Counted from the stretch's first letter, positions 8,681-19,467 are shown. The stretch: DNA of 64,000 bases from an uncultured bacterium (GCA_902826595.1 CADEFK010000001.1:11148-75147); one strand, 5' to 3'. Notes: generated by a model from the sequence alone, not told the origin. Numbers and translations are program-made.

Positions 8681-10924
8681 ATGAAGGAAAAAACAGGAAC
8701 CGGCCCTAAGACGACTCAGCGTCTGCACGTATTGGACATGAGCTGCGCCGGCTGCGTCGAAACGGTGGAAAGAACACTGAAGTCCGCCCCGGGGGTGTCT
8801 GACGATGAGGTCAATTTCGCCGAGAAGACAGCGGCCGTCACAGGCGATGTTTCCCCGGAGACACTCGTGAAGGCGGTCGGAAAGGCGGGTTATACGGCCT
8901 CGCTTCTCGAAGACGAGGAAGCCGAATCCGACAAGGAGAGCGCGGAGCTCACGCATTACAGGATGCTCCTGCGCCAGACGGTCGTTACTGGCGTAATAAG
9001 TGCAATAATATTCGCTGTAAGCATGTTTCACCTCCTGCCTTCGCTCGATTCGCCGGGCGGGCGCATCTCATGGGGAGTGGTTTCTCTTCTCACACTGTTT
9101 GTTCTCGCGTATGGCGGGGGCCGTTTCTTCACGGGCGCTCTAAAATCCTTCAGGAACCATAACGCCAACATGGATACGCTGATCGCCATCGGCACGGGGG
9201 TCGCCTGGGTCTATTCGACATTCGTCGTCCTCTTTCCTGACTCGGTGGGCGGGATCGCTCAACACCTTTATTTCGAGACGGCGGCCCTGATAATCGCATT
9301 TATAAATTTAGGCTCGGCGCTGGAGATGAGGGCGCGCGGCAAGACCTCTCAGGCGATAAAACGCCTCATAGGTCTTCAGCCCAGGACGGCGCGGGTCGTG
9401 AGAGCCGGTCAGGAGGTCGATATCCCGATCGGGCTCGTCGTGCCGGGTGATATCGTGCGCGTCAGGCCCGGCGAGAAGATACCCGTTGACGGCGAGGTGA
9501 CGGAGGGGTCCTCTCACATAGACGAATCCATGCTTACGGGCGAGCCTATCCCCGTCGAGAAGAAGAAGGGGGACGCGGTGGTCGGAGGGACATTAAATAA
9601 AACGGGGAGCTTTTTATTCAGGGCAAGCCGTGTAGGCAAAGATACCGCGCTCGCACGGATTATAGACATGGTCAGGAGGGCCCAGAACACGAAGCCCGAG
9701 ATCGGGAGGCTTGCGGACAGGGTGTCCGGGATTTTCGTCCCTACCGTTCTCATCATAGCGGTGATTACTATGCTCGCATGGTTTAATTTCGGCCCCGCTC
9801 CGCGCATCACGTATATGCTGGTCACGACAATGGCCGTGCTTATAATAGCCTGCCCCTGTGCGCTTGGTCTAGCTACCCCTATATCGGTGATGGTCGGCGT
9901 GGGCAAGGCGGCCGAATACGGGGTGCTGATCAGGAAGGGGGACGCGCTCCAGCAGGCGGGGCAGCTTACGACCATAGTGCTCGACAAGACGGGGACTATT
10001 ACAGTGGGTAAGCCCGTATTGACGTCGGTCGAGCCTGTCCCGGGCGTATCGGGCGGCGACGAATTATTGGCGCTTGCCGCAGGCGCGGAAAGCGGCTCCG
10101 AGCATCCCCTCGCAGAGGCTATTGTCGAAGCGGCAAGACTGAAAAACATAGAAATGAAATCCATGGAATCGTTTGAGGCCTTATCGGGTCACGGCGTGAG
10201 GGCCGTTTACGGCGGAAACACGGTGCTGCTCGGCAACAGGAAGCTCATGGAGGACAACGGTATCGATACCGTTTTCATTAACGAAGCGGCGGAGCGGCTG
10301 TCTATGAAGGGGCAGACGGCGGTATACGCGGCGCTGAACGGCATCGCGGCAGGCGTGCTAGGGATTTCCGACCCCGTCAAACCCGATTCGAGGGAAGCCG
10401 TCGGGAGGCTCCGTAAGCAGGGGATAAGGGTGATAATGCTCACCGGTGACAACAGGCTCACAGCGCAATCCGTGGCAGAGCAGGTAGGGGTGGATGATTT
10501 CATAGCCGAGGTGCTGCCGGAGGACAAGGCCAGGGAAATTTCCAGGCTCCGGGAAATGGGCGAGAGGGTCGGCATGGTAGGGGACGGTATTAACGATGCG
10601 CCCGCCCTGGCGGGAGCGGATGTCGGGTTCGCTATCGGGACCGGGACCGACGTAGCCATAGAAAGCGCGGATATTACACTCATGCGGGGATCGCTACACG
10701 GAGTGGCCGACGCCGTTTCTATCTCGAAAGCGACGATGAAAAACATTAAGGAGAACCTGGTCGGGGCTTTTGCTTACAATACTTTAGCTATACCCGTGGC
10801 AGCCGGGATATTGTTCCCGTTTATGGGTCTGCTGCTCAATCCCGTCATAGCCGGAGCCGCGATGGCCCTCTCCTCTGTCACTGTGGTAACGAACGCGAAC
10901 AGGCTCAGGTGGTTTAAACCGTAG
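8681..10924 (+). CDS. copA: Copper-translocating P1B-type ATPase
   Basis: N-terminal HMA domain with MSCAGC. CPC in TM6 ([13 protein letters not shown]). DKTGTIT phosphorylation site. [10 protein letters not shown] hinge. Confidence 0.9.
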   Translation: MKEKTGTGPKTTQRLHVLDMSCAGCVETVERTLKSAPGVSDDEVNFAEKTAAVTGDVSPETLVKAVGKAGYTASLLEDEEAESDKESAELTHYRMLLRQTVVTGVISAIIFAVSMFHLLPSLDSPGGRISWGVVSLLTLFVLAYGGGRFFTGALKSFRNHNANMDTLIAIGTGVAWVYSTFVVLFPDSVGGIAQHLYFETAALIIAFINLGSALEMRARGKTSQAIKRLIGLQPRTARVVRAGQEVDIPIGLVVPGDIVRVRPGEKIPVDGEVTEGSSHIDESMLTGEPIPVEKKKGDAVVGGTLNKTGSFLFRASRVGKDTALARIIDMVRRAQNTKPEIGRLADRVSGIFVPTVLIIAVITMLAWFNFGPAPRITYMLVTTMAVLIIACPCALGLATPISVMVGVGKAAEYGVLIRKGDALQQAGQLTTIVLDKTGTITVGKPVLTSVEPVPGVSGGDELLALAAGAESGSEHPLAEAIVEAARLKNIEMKSMESFEALSGHGVRAVYGGNTVLLGNRKLMEDNGIDTVFINEAAERLSMKGQTAVYAALNGIAAGVLGISDPVKPDSREAVGRLRKQGIRVIMLTGDNRLTAQSVAEQVGVDDFIAEVLPEDKAREISRLREMGERVGMVGDGINDAPALAGADVGFAIGTGTDVAIESADITLMRGSLHGVADAVSISKATMKNIKENLVGAFAYNTLAIPVAAGILFPFMGLLLNPVIAGAAMALSSVTVVTNANRLRWFKP

Positions 10925-10936
10925 CATGGAGAGAAC

Positions 10937-11311
10937 ATGAATATCGCCGTCAACATACTCGGGATTTTTGTGGCCGCATTCATAGTATGGTGGTTCTGGA
11001 TTTCAAAAAGGGGGAGCGAGGCGCGTACGGATGGTGATGCGGTTAGTATTCTAGTCGACGGCGGCGTATACACGCCTTCCGTAATCCACGTCCCGGCGGG
11101 AAAGCCCGTTACCCTGCGTTTCCTACGGAAGGACCAGAGCCCGTGCGCGGAAAAGGTGATATTCAGCGGCCTCGATATAAGCGCCGATCTTCCGGTCGGA
11201 AGACCCCATGACCTTAGCTTCATTCCCGAGAAAGCGGGTGAATACGATTTCACATGCCAGATGGCGATGTACCGAGGCAGGCTGGTAGTGGAAGGGAAGA
11301 CGAAACCCTGA
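10937..11311 (+). CDS. Membrane-anchored cupredoxin-like (Cupredoxin_1-type) putative copper-binding protein
   Basis: N-terminal TM helix plus small beta domain ending ...GEYDFTCQMAMYRGRLVV (Cys/Met-rich site). Immediately follows copA (13-nt gap). Confidence 0.5.
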   Translation: MNIAVNILGIFVAAFIVWWFWISKRGSEARTDGDAVSILVDGGVYTPSVIHVPAGKPVTLRFLRKDQSPCAEKVIFSGLDISADLPVGRPHDLSFIPEKAGEYDFTCQMAMYRGRLVVEGKTKP

Positions 11312-11473
11312 CAGGGACGGACTCTTTCTAAAAAAGCCGCTCTATCACCGGGAATCCGGTACACCCTTCCCGGGCCCGGCCTTCAATACCAATCCCGAAT
11401 GCGTGTGCCGGGAAGCGCTGGTTCTTTAATCTGGTGAATAGGAGAGCTCCCCGGGATACCGCGCGGGTAAGAC

Positions 11474-11677
11474 CTACTGGGAAACCTTGTTGACCTTGCT
11501 GGCTTGAAGTCCCTTGGGGCTTTCGACTACTTCGAACTCAACTTCATCACCTTCGGCCAGGGTTCTGAACCCGGAACCTTCGATGGCGCTGTAATGAACG
11601 AATACGTCTTTACCGTTGTCCTGCTCGATGAATCCGAAACCCTTGGACTCGTTGAACCATTTAACCTTACCTTTCAA
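11474..11677 (-). CDS. cspA: Cold-shock protein (CspA family)
   Basis: [16 protein letters not shown] and [11 protein letters not shown] motifs. Likely TTG start (MKGKVKWFN) 8 nt after GGAGGAA. ORF track extends to 11692. Confidence 0.85.
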   Translation of the reverse strand: MKGKVKWFNESKGFGFIEQDNGKDVFVHYSAIEGSGFRTLAEGDEVEFEVVESPKGLQASKVNKVSQ

Positions 11678-11870
11678 AATTAATTCCTCCAAAAATAAGA
11701 TTTATGCAAGAGTACATACTTTTATTTTTTAGTCAACAGGATGCAAATTATTTTTATTCCCGCCGAGCTCTTGCAGCACTGTATTTGACATTAAAATATT
11801 ATCTATATAGCCTAAATCCGGTTGAAAAAACAAGACGGAAAATCGTAGAAGCACAGGAGGTATCAATATA

Positions 11871-12389
11871 ATGTCGATCGAAAGACCGAATGTTGTGAAG
11901 ATGAAAGGTAATCCGGTGACTCTGCTCGGGAATGAAGTGAAAGTCGGAGACAAAGCGCCTGATTTTACTGCGGTAGCGGGTCTCGGAGCGCCTGTCGGGC
12001 TCAGCGACCTGAAGGACAAGGTCAAGGTATTCAACGTCGTCCTTTCGGTGGATACGCCTGTTTGCGACGTTCAGACGAAGAGGTTTAACAAAGAGGCCGC
12101 CGGCCTCGGGGACGGTGTCGAGATCGTAACTTTGAGCATGGACCTTCCGTTCGCGCTCAAGCGTTACTGCGCGGCCGAGGGTATAGACAGGGTGAAGACC
12201 TTATCCGATTACCAGAACGCGTCCTTCGGAGAAGCATACGGCGTGCTCATAAAGGAAAACAGACTGCTGGCAAGGTCGATTTTCGTCGTGGACAAAAACG
12301 ACAAAGTCAGACACGCGGAAATCGTCGGGGAAATAACTCAAGAGCCGAATTACGAAGCCGCGCTGAAAGCGGTAAGAGAATCGATTTGA
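11871..12389 (+). CDS. tpx: Thiol peroxidase (atypical 2-Cys peroxiredoxin)
   Basis: SVDTPVCDVQTKRFN active-site block and resolving-Cys region (LKRYCAAEG). Strong SD (AGGAGG) upstream. Confidence 0.9.
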   Translation: MSIERPNVVKMKGNPVTLLGNEVKVGDKAPDFTAVAGLGAPVGLSDLKDKVKVFNVVLSVDTPVCDVQTKRFNKEAAGLGDGVEIVTLSMDLPFALKRYCAAEGIDRVKTLSDYQNASFGEAYGVLIKENRLLARSIFVVDKNDKVRHAEIVGEITQEPNYEAALKAVRESI

Positions 12390-12563
12390 GTTTGAAAGAA
12401 CTGTGAATTCTGAAAAAGTTTGGCCCTCATCGTCTGCGGAGCCTGGGACGAAGTCCGCGCGGTCAGGACAGCGGAAACTCTCCGCCTGCGTTAATGCCTT
12501 TAAAATCACTCCCTGAATATGTATCCTTATAAAGTAGGGCAATTTAGTCAAGGAGGCTCGATT

Positions 12564-13118
12564 ATGGGGCTTGGCACAATGCTTGCGGGTTTTTTTAAGA
12601 AGGATGGGGCGGAAGCGGTCCCGTCGGAAAGGAAGAACTCCGGCGATCACCCCTCCGATGGTGTGGAGAAGGGGAATATTAATTCAACCGCAGTTGGCGG
12701 GGATTCCGGATCTGTCGAAAGCGCGGGCCTTCGTGATGTGACCGTGCATGAGCGTGAAAACCTAACTCCCCCCGACGGAGACGCCGGGAAAGAGGCTTCG
12801 CCCGATCAGGCGCAGGCTGAGGTCACCGAGAGTAAAATTCTGGAAGTCCTGGGCAATGTCTACGATCCCGAGATACCCATCGATATTGTGAATCTCGGCC
12901 TGATATACGGCATTGATATTGCGGAGGGGAACGTACGAATAACCATGACAATGACGGCCCCCGGATGTCCGGCTTCGACGCAGATAGCGGGTGAATCGAA
13001 GATACTGGTCGAGGAGATTCCCGGCGTCCGAAGCGTCGAAATAGATTTGGTTTGGGATCCGCCCTGGGACCCGAGCAAGATGAGCGATGATGCGCAGCAG
13101 AGCATGGGGATATTCTGA
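12564..13118 (+). CDS. DUF59/MIP18-family (SufT-like) Fe-S cluster assembly protein with long disordered N-terminal extension
   Basis: C-terminal ~95 aa ILEVLGNVYDPEIPIDIVNLGLIYGI...TMTAPGCPA...VWDPPW matches DUF59. Start moved to Met16 (12564), which has AAGGAGG 7 nt upstream. Track start 12519. Confidence 0.65.
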   Translation: MGLGTMLAGFFKKDGAEAVPSERKNSGDHPSDGVEKGNINSTAVGGDSGSVESAGLRDVTVHERENLTPPDGDAGKEASPDQAQAEVTESKILEVLGNVYDPEIPIDIVNLGLIYGIDIAEGNVRITMTMTAPGCPASTQIAGESKILVEEIPGVRSVEIDLVWDPPWDPSKMSDDAQQSMGIF

Positions 13119-13166
13119 TCTGGGTGTCATGCCGTCCTGTCTGCCCCGAAACGGCTCAATAAGCAT

Positions 13167-13904
13167 ATGCCCTCCCTCGCTAAAGGTGTTTTCATTACCG
13201 GTACCGATACCGGCATTGGCAAAACTGTGATAACCGCCGCTTTGGCCTGGACCATGACTCAGGCGGGCGGGAAGGTGGCGGTAATGAAACCGGTGCAGAC
13301 AGGCACCGGGCTTCCGGGACTCACGGATATCGAATTTGTAGAACGGGTTCTCGATACTAAATACGGTCTCGATGATGTATGTCCTTATAGATTCCGGGAG
13401 CCGCTTTCTCCGTTGTCGGCTTCAAAAATTTCCGGAATACAAATTGATATCGGAAAAATCAAGACGGCTTTTCAAAGACTCCGTTCGACCTTCGACATCG
13501 TCATTGTCGAAGGCGCGGGAGGGCTCCTCGTCCCGATAAGGGAGGGTTACCTGATGGCCGACCTCGCTTCCGAGCTGGATCTACCCCTGCTTATTGTCAC
13601 ACGCCCCGGCCTAGGCACATTGAACCACACGGCCCTTACGGTCGAGTCCGCGGGAAGGAGAGGCCTCGAGGTGACGGGGATTGTAATCAACCGTTTTCCC
13701 GCATCTCCGGGGCTTGCCGAACGCTCAAACCCCGAGATTATCGCGCGGATGACCGGAGCGCCTATCGCCGGGGTCTTTCCGCATGACCCCTCACTGTCCG
13801 TCGAGGAGGGTCTGATAGGCGGCATAATGGAGCTGGCCCGCCCTTCTTTCGCTCCCTCACTGGGCGGAGTATTCGACCTTCAGGAATTTTTGAGCCTGCT
13901 GTGA
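13167..13904 (+). CDS. bioD: ATP-dependent dethiobiotin synthetase
   Basis: ITGTDTGIGKT P-loop. Overall BioD length and architecture. Confidence 0.85.
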   Translation: MPSLAKGVFITGTDTGIGKTVITAALAWTMTQAGGKVAVMKPVQTGTGLPGLTDIEFVERVLDTKYGLDDVCPYRFREPLSPLSASKISGIQIDIGKIKTAFQRLRSTFDIVIVEGAGGLLVPIREGYLMADLASELDLPLLIVTRPGLGTLNHTALTVESAGRRGLEVTGIVINRFPASPGLAERSNPEIIARMTGAPIAGVFPHDPSLSVEEGLIGGIMELARPSFAPSLGGVFDLQEFLSLL

Positions 13905-14005
13905 TAGGCACGGCTTTTTCCCGCTAAAAAACCGAAAATTTTACCGTATTGCCTGTCTTCATATGTGTCCGCAGGGATTCGCATTTTAAGTGCGCGCGGC
14001 GGAAC

Positions 14006-14033
14006 TTGACAGATTGCCTTGGTATGATATACA
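14006..14033 (+). promoter_or_regulatory. Candidate sigma70-type promoter for the act (ACIII) operon
   Basis: TTGACA (14006-14011), 16-bp spacer, TGaTATACA extended -10 (14025-14033), ~70 nt upstream of actA. Confidence 0.35.
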
Positions 14034-14103
14034 TACTAGGCGTTTTTTGAGTACTTTGATGTAACTTTCCAAATGGACACACTCCAGAGCTAAGGTAAAT
14101 AGG

Positions 14104-14679
14104 ATGAGAAAATGGATTACATTGCTTTCAGTGCCCCTGCTGTCGCTGGCTATTTTTCTGGGCTTGTATTTTTTCGATAACGCTGAAAGCAGCAACAAAG
14201 GACCTGTTCAGCCGGTCAGGTTCAGCCATAAAATCCACGCCGGCGCCGAAAACGATCAGATACCTTGTCAGTACTGCCACAGTTTTGTAGACGTATCCCC
14301 GAATCCCGGGATTCCGTCGGTCCAAAAATGCATGGGCTGTCATACCCATATAGCGGGGCGCGACGTCGAGTACGATTTCGGCGGCACTACCATTAATTTA
14401 CAGCAGGAGATAGCCAAGGTCAGGGAGTATTGGGCGAAGAAAGAGCCCATACCCTGGAACAAGGTCAATACGATGCCGGGCTATGTCCACTTCAATCACA
14501 AGAGGCACATAAAGCGCGGCTTCGAATGCGCTACCTGTCACGGCGACGTTGCAAACATGGATCAGGTCTATCAGGTAACCAGGCTCAACATGGGATTCTG
14601 TATCACATGTCATACGGAGAATGCCAAGGATCACGAGGAATTGGCTCGTTTGAAAGACTGTCTCTCGTGTCATTATTAA
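14104..14679 (+). CDS. actA: Alternative Complex III subunit ActA (pentaheme cytochrome c)
   Basis: Five CxxCH motifs (CQYCH, CMGCH, CATCH, CITCH, CLSCH). N-terminal membrane anchor. First gene of actABCDEF-like cluster. Confidence 0.8.
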   Translation: MRKWITLLSVPLLSLAIFLGLYFFDNAESSNKGPVQPVRFSHKIHAGAENDQIPCQYCHSFVDVSPNPGIPSVQKCMGCHTHIAGRDVEYDFGGTTINLQQEIAKVREYWAKKEPIPWNKVNTMPGYVHFNHKRHIKRGFECATCHGDVANMDQVYQVTRLNMGFCITCHTENAKDHEELARLKDCLSCHY

Positions 14680-14691
14680 TTGGAGGAGGAA

Positions 14692-17628
14692 ATGTCTCAA
14701 GATAAAAAGGGCGGATTAAAGAGAAGGGATTTCCTGAAGATCATAGGAGTGGCCGGAGGTACGGCCGCGGTAGCGGGCGGGTGCTCCAATCCGGCCGAGC
14801 AGATCATCCCTTACGTCATACCGCCCGAAGGGATAATCCCCGGGGTCCCCAATTGGTATGCGAGCACCTGCCGCGAGTGTCCGGCTGGCTGCGGCATCAT
14901 CGTCAAGAACCGCGAGGGGCGGGCGATCAAGGTCGAGGGTAATCCTAAAAACCCGATAAACATGGGCGGGAGCTGTGCTGAGGGACAGGCCATGCTTCAG
15001 GGGCTTTATAATCCCGACCGCATAAGGTCCCCGCTCAGCAGGAGCGACCTCGGAAGGCTCGAGCCTCAAGGGTGGGACAATGCCCAGAAGATGCTCACGG
15101 AAAAGATTGAAGAGGTCAGGAAGAAGGGCGGGAACGGAAGAATAGTGTTCCTGTCCGACCACAATGAAGGGACATTGGGGAACCTGATTGGAGACTGGAT
15201 GTCGGCTCTGGGGGGAAAACACCTCACTTATGAAGCCTACTCGTACGAGCCGCTGAAAGAAGCGAACCGTATAGTATTCGGAATAGATAAGATACCTACA
15301 TATAATATCGATAAAACCAAGTACCTCCTGTCGTTCGGGGCTGATTTTATTGAGACATGGCTGTCCCCTACCCTCTACGCGAGGCAGTTCAGCGAGATGC
15401 ACGGGTATAAGGACAAATCCATGGGGAAGTTCGTCCACGTGGAGCCGAGGGCGTCGCTCACGGGCGTAAACGCGGACGAATGGGTCTCAATAAAGCCCGG
15501 GACTGAAGCGGTCCTCGCACTCGGAATAGCGAACGTCATAGTGAGCGAGGGCATGTCCGCTAACGGAGGGGGCGGATTCGCCGGCCTGCTCGGCGCGTAT
15601 ACGCCGGAAAAGGTTTCATCGGTTACTGACGTGCCGGTCGATACGATAAAGGAGATAGCCGGGGAATTCTCTTCCATGCAGCCGAGCCTGGCCATCGGAG
15701 GCGGCATCGCGAATACGTCGACGAATGCCACTGAAACCCTGGTCGCTATAAATATTCTTAATTACGTCGCCGGGAACGTCGGCCAGACGATTGATTTCGG
15801 GAACGCTCTTACGCTTTCCGGGGTAAGCACCTTTAAGGAAATTTCATCCCTCGTGGATTCGATGTCCAAAGGCGAGGTTGACCTATTATTTATATATAAT
15901 GTAAATCCGGTATTTACACTTCCGAGGTCCCTCGGGTTTGAAGACGCGCTCGGCAAGGTCCCTTACGTCGTGAGCTTCTCTAGCTTCATGGACGAGACGA
16001 CTGAGAAGGCAAACCTCATACTTCCCGACAGCACTACGCTCGAATCCTGGGGTGATTTCATCCCCGACGCAAGGGTACACGGGCTGATACAGCCTGTGAT
16101 GACCCCGGTCTTCAATACCAGAAGCACTGGGGACGTGATACTTTCCGTGACTGCGCAGCTCGAAGGCCTGAAGGGCAGGTATACGCAGGTTTCTTATTAC
16201 GATTATCTCAGGGATTCATGGAAGCGGGTCTGGACCAGCGTCACGGGGGGCGGTGATTTCGAGATGTTCTGGAACACCGCGCTCGAGAACGGCGGTATCT
16301 ACAGGGACGTTACTCCCGTGCAGGTATCGGCGTCGGGCAATATATCAGGCGTAAGCTTCGGAGAACCCGAGTTCACGGGAGACGGGGATTTCTATTTCAT
16401 GGCTTATCCGTCCTACAAATACTACGACGGGAGAGGCGCGAACAAGCCCTGGCTCCAGGAGCTGCCTGACGCGATAACAACCGGCGTCTGGGACTCCTGG
16501 GTCGAGATGCACCCTGATACGGCCAAAAGGCTCGGGGTTAAGCTCGGGGATTTCGTGAAGATAGAATCGCCCTACGGAACGATAGAAACGCAGGCTTACG
16601 TATATGAGGGGATAAGGCCGGATACCCTCGCCGTGATGATCGGACAAGGGCATACGAGTTACGGCAGGTATGCGAAAGACAGGGGCGTCAATCCCCTTTC
16701 TATTCTGCCTGTGTCCACCGATAAAATAACAGGAAGCTTCGCGTGGCTCACTACGAAGGTAAAGGCCTCCGGAACCGGCAGGAACGCGCAGTTCGTACAA
16801 ACTCAGTACACGACAACGCAGCATGACAGGGACGTGGCGCAGATGGTCACTCTCACGGAGCTTGAGCACGGGCTCCATCACGAAGAGCACGAGGAGCCGG
16901 ATTTCTATCCTCCTATCGAGTACGACAGGTATCACTGGGGCATGTCGATTGACCTCCAGAAGTGCACGGGATGCGGCGCGTGTATCACAGCCTGCTACGC
17001 CGAGAACAATATCCCCTTCGTCGGCAAGGAGCTTGTAGCGAAAAGACGTGATATGGCATGGCTCAGGATCGACAGGTTCTTCGAGAAATCGGACAATAAG
17101 GCCGGGTTCGAGACGAGGTTCCTCCCTATGCTCTGCCAGCAGTGCAATAATGCGCCTTGCGAGCCCGTATGCCCCGTATTTGCTACATACCACAACCCGG
17201 AAGGGCTTAACGGAATGATATACAACAGGTGCGTGGGAACGAGGTACTGCTCCAACAACTGCACTTACAGCGTAAGGAAATTCAACTGGTTCTCCTACAA
17301 GATCCCCGACCCCCTCAATTGGCAGTACAACCCGGACGTCACCGTGAGGGACAAAGGGGTCATGGAGAAATGCACGTTCTGCGTACAGAGGATCATTTAC
17401 GCCAAGGACCAGGCTAAGGACAAGGGCAGGGACGTGCTCGACGGGGAGTTTCAGGTAGCGTGTCAGCAGTCATGCGCCTCGGGCGCGATCGAGTTCGGGA
17501 ATTTAAAAGACCCTGAATCCAGGGTATCGAAGCTTTCACACGACGAGAGGGGATATAGAGTGCTCAATCAGCTTAACACGCAGCCGAACATCACGTATCT
17601 AAAAAAAGTCAAATGGGATAAGGCATAA
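14692..17628 (+). CDS. actB: Alternative Complex III subunit ActB (molybdopterin-oxidoreductase-like domain fused to 4Fe-4S ferredoxin domain)
   Basis: Tat motif RRDFLK with AGGC lipobox. C-terminal Cys clusters (CTGCGACITAC, CQQCNNAPCEPVCP, CTFCVQRI). ATG at 14692 follows GGAGGAGG. Track start is TTG at 14680. Confidence 0.85.
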   Translation: MSQDKKGGLKRRDFLKIIGVAGGTAAVAGGCSNPAEQIIPYVIPPEGIIPGVPNWYASTCRECPAGCGIIVKNREGRAIKVEGNPKNPINMGGSCAEGQAMLQGLYNPDRIRSPLSRSDLGRLEPQGWDNAQKMLTEKIEEVRKKGGNGRIVFLSDHNEGTLGNLIGDWMSALGGKHLTYEAYSYEPLKEANRIVFGIDKIPTYNIDKTKYLLSFGADFIETWLSPTLYARQFSEMHGYKDKSMGKFVHVEPRASLTGVNADEWVSIKPGTEAVLALGIANVIVSEGMSANGGGGFAGLLGAYTPEKVSSVTDVPVDTIKEIAGEFSSMQPSLAIGGGIANTSTNATETLVAINILNYVAGNVGQTIDFGNALTLSGVSTFKEISSLVDSMSKGEVDLLFIYNVNPVFTLPRSLGFEDALGKVPYVVSFSSFMDETTEKANLILPDSTTLESWGDFIPDARVHGLIQPVMTPVFNTRSTGDVILSVTAQLEGLKGRYTQVSYYDYLRDSWKRVWTSVTGGGDFEMFWNTALENGGIYRDVTPVQVSASGNISGVSFGEPEFTGDGDFYFMAYPSYKYYDGRGANKPWLQELPDAITTGVWDSWVEMHPDTAKRLGVKLGDFVKIESPYGTIETQAYVYEGIRPDTLAVMIGQGHTSYGRYAKDRGVNPLSILPVSTDKITGSFAWLTTKVKASGTGRNAQFVQTQYTTTQHDRDVAQMVTLTELEHGLHHEEHEEPDFYPPIEYDRYHWGMSIDLQKCTGCGACITACYAENNIPFVGKELVAKRRDMAWLRIDRFFEKSDNKAGFETRFLPMLCQQCNNAPCEPVCPVFATYHNPEGLNGMIYNRCVGTRYCSNNCTYSVRKFNWFSYKIPDPLNWQYNPDVTVRDKGVMEKCTFCVQRIIYAKDQAKDKGRDVLDGEFQVACQQSCASGAIEFGNLKDPESRVSKLSHDERGYRVLNQLNTQPNITYLKKVKWDKA

Positions 17629-18965
17629 TGAGTGAACAGAATTCATTAACTTATGCGAAAGTTAACGAAGATGTAATACGGATGCTCGATAAGCCGACCG
17701 TCAAGTGGCTTGCGCTCTTCCTCCCTGTCCTGGGGTTCGTCGGCTTCGGTATGTTCTGCTTCCTGTATCAGGTATATACCGGGCTGGGTGTGGCCGGATA
17801 CAGGCACCCTGTTTTCTGGGGCGTATACATTACGGACTTCGTTTTTTGGGTCGGTATCGCCCACTCGGGAACGCTGATTTCGGCAATACTTTACCTATTC
17901 AGGGCCAGTTTCAGGGTTTCAATATACAGGATCGCGGAAGCGATGACTGTTTTCGCCGTTCTGACCGCCGGGCTTTTTCCCATCATACACCTGGGGCGGC
18001 CGTGGTTTTTCTACTGGCTCTTCCCCTATCCGAACCAGCGGGAGCTGTGGGTGAATTTTAAATCACCGCTCCTGTGGGACGTATTCGCGGTCAGCACGTA
18101 TCTTACCGTGAGCTCAGTGTTTTTCTTTGTTGGAATGATCCCCGACATAGCCGCGATAAGGGACAAGGTGAAAGAGGTCCCCCGGAAGATCGCATACACC
18201 ATACTCTCGCTCGGATGGAAGGGTTCGAACTGGGAGTGGCTCCATTATTCGAGGGCCTATCTCTACTTTGCGGCGTTCGCCACACCGCTTGTTCTTTCTG
18301 TGCACAGCGTCGTGTCGTGGGACTTCGCCATGGCGAATCTCCCAGGTTGGCACACTACGATTTTCGCCCCTTATTTCGTGGCCGGAGCGATATTCTCGGG
18401 TCTCGGCATGGTGATAACCCTCACCATTCCGATAAGAAAAATCTTCGCGCTCGAGGATTACATCACACTCGACAATTACGACGGCATGGCGAAGATGATA
18501 ATACTGACTTCGCTTATAGTCGGGTACGCGTACGGAGTCGAATTCTTCATGGCATGGTACAGTGGTAGCCCTGCCGAATGGGGACAGTTTTATTACAGGG
18601 TGACCGGCGAGTATGCGCTCTTTTACTGGATCATGGTAGTGTGCAACGTACTGATACCGATCCCCCTCTGGTTCAAGAGCGTCAGGAGGAATATCAAGGC
18701 TCTATTCATTATATCGATCTTCATTAACATAGGAATGTGGTTCGAGAGGTTCAATATCATCGTGATCTCGCTTTCTCAGGGGTTCGAGCCGGGCGCCTGG
18801 GGAATATATAAAGTGTCCTGGGTTGAGATGGGCATCACCGTTGGAAGTTTCGCCTGGTTCTTCATGTTCTTCCTCATATTTATTAAAACGCTGCCAGCTA
18901 TTTCGATCGCCGAGCTGAAGGAAATTTTGCCTGTACCGAAGAAGGAGGCAAAACACCATGGATAA
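17628..18965 (+). CDS. actC: Alternative Complex III subunit ActC (NrfD/PsrC-like polytopic membrane subunit)
   Basis: 445 aa polytopic membrane protein. Start overlaps actB stop (TAATG). Operon position. Confidence 0.8.
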   Translation: MSEQNSLTYAKVNEDVIRMLDKPTVKWLALFLPVLGFVGFGMFCFLYQVYTGLGVAGYRHPVFWGVYITDFVFWVGIAHSGTLISAILYLFRASFRVSIYRIAEAMTVFAVLTAGLFPIIHLGRPWFFYWLFPYPNQRELWVNFKSPLLWDVFAVSTYLTVSSVFFFVGMIPDIAAIRDKVKEVPRKIAYTILSLGWKGSNWEWLHYSRAYLYFAAFATPLVLSVHSVVSWDFAMANLPGWHTTIFAPYFVAGAIFSGLGMVITLTIPIRKIFALEDYITLDNYDGMAKMIILTSLIVGYAYGVEFFMAWYSGSPAEWGQFYYRVTGEYALFYWIMVVCNVLIPIPLWFKSVRRNIKALFIISIFINIGMWFERFNIIVISLSQGFEPGAWGIYKVSWVEMGITVGSFAWFFMFFLIFIKTLPAISIAELKEILPVPKKEAKHHG

Positions 18966-19467
18966 TCAGGGAGTTCTGGGAATATTTTCCTATGTTGACC
19001 TCACCGTCAACGCGGTCAGGAAGCTTAAGGACGCGGGGTTCAAGAACCTCCGTGTTTTTTCCCCCGTGCCTAACCACGAGATAGAAGACGCGGTTGGAGA
19101 GCCCGAGAGCATAGTGCGGTTCTTTACATTGTTCGGCGCCATGCTTGGTACCGCGTGCGGCATCGGTTTTACCGTTCTTACCTCCTCGGACTGGCCGATT
19201 CAGGTGAGCGCCAAGCCGATAGTTTCGATACCGCCTTTCATCGTAATCATCTTCGAGCTCACGATTCTCATGGGTTCGCTCTCCACGCTTCTGGGACTAC
19301 TCATAAATTCCCGTCTCAGAAGGAACGCCCCGAGGAACATGTACGATCCGAGGTTCACGGATGATAAATTCGGCGTAATGGTTACATGCGGCAAGGATAA
19401 TGTGAAGAAGGTCGAAGATATACTAAATTCCCAGGGGGCCGAAGAAGTAAAATTCGACGGCGTTTAG
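18958..19467 (+). CDS. actD: Alternative Complex III subunit ActD
   Basis: 169 aa with central TM segments. 8-nt overlap with actC. Position between actC and cytochrome ActE. Confidence 0.6.
   Translation: MDNQGVLGIFSYVDLTVNAVRKLKDAGFKNLRVFSPVPNHEIEDAVGEPESIVRFFTLFGAMLGTACGIGFTVLTSSDWPIQVSAKPIVSIPPFIVIIFELTILMGSLSTLLGLLINSRLRRNAPRNMYDPRFTDDKFGVMVTCGKDNVKKVEDILNSQGAEEVKFDGV

Noticed and set aside
9308-10746. Minus-strand ORFs 9308..9517, 9514..10164 and 10207..10746 inside copA
   Set aside because: They are antisense to a confidently identified P-type ATPase. Ala/Ser/Pro/Thr-rich translations are typical of GC-rich antisense frames. No motifs.
14716-17264. Minus-strand ORFs (14716..15438, 16345..17193, 16995..17264 and others) within actB
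   Set aside because: Antisense to actB. Arg/Pro-rich low-complexity translations. No start or SD context.
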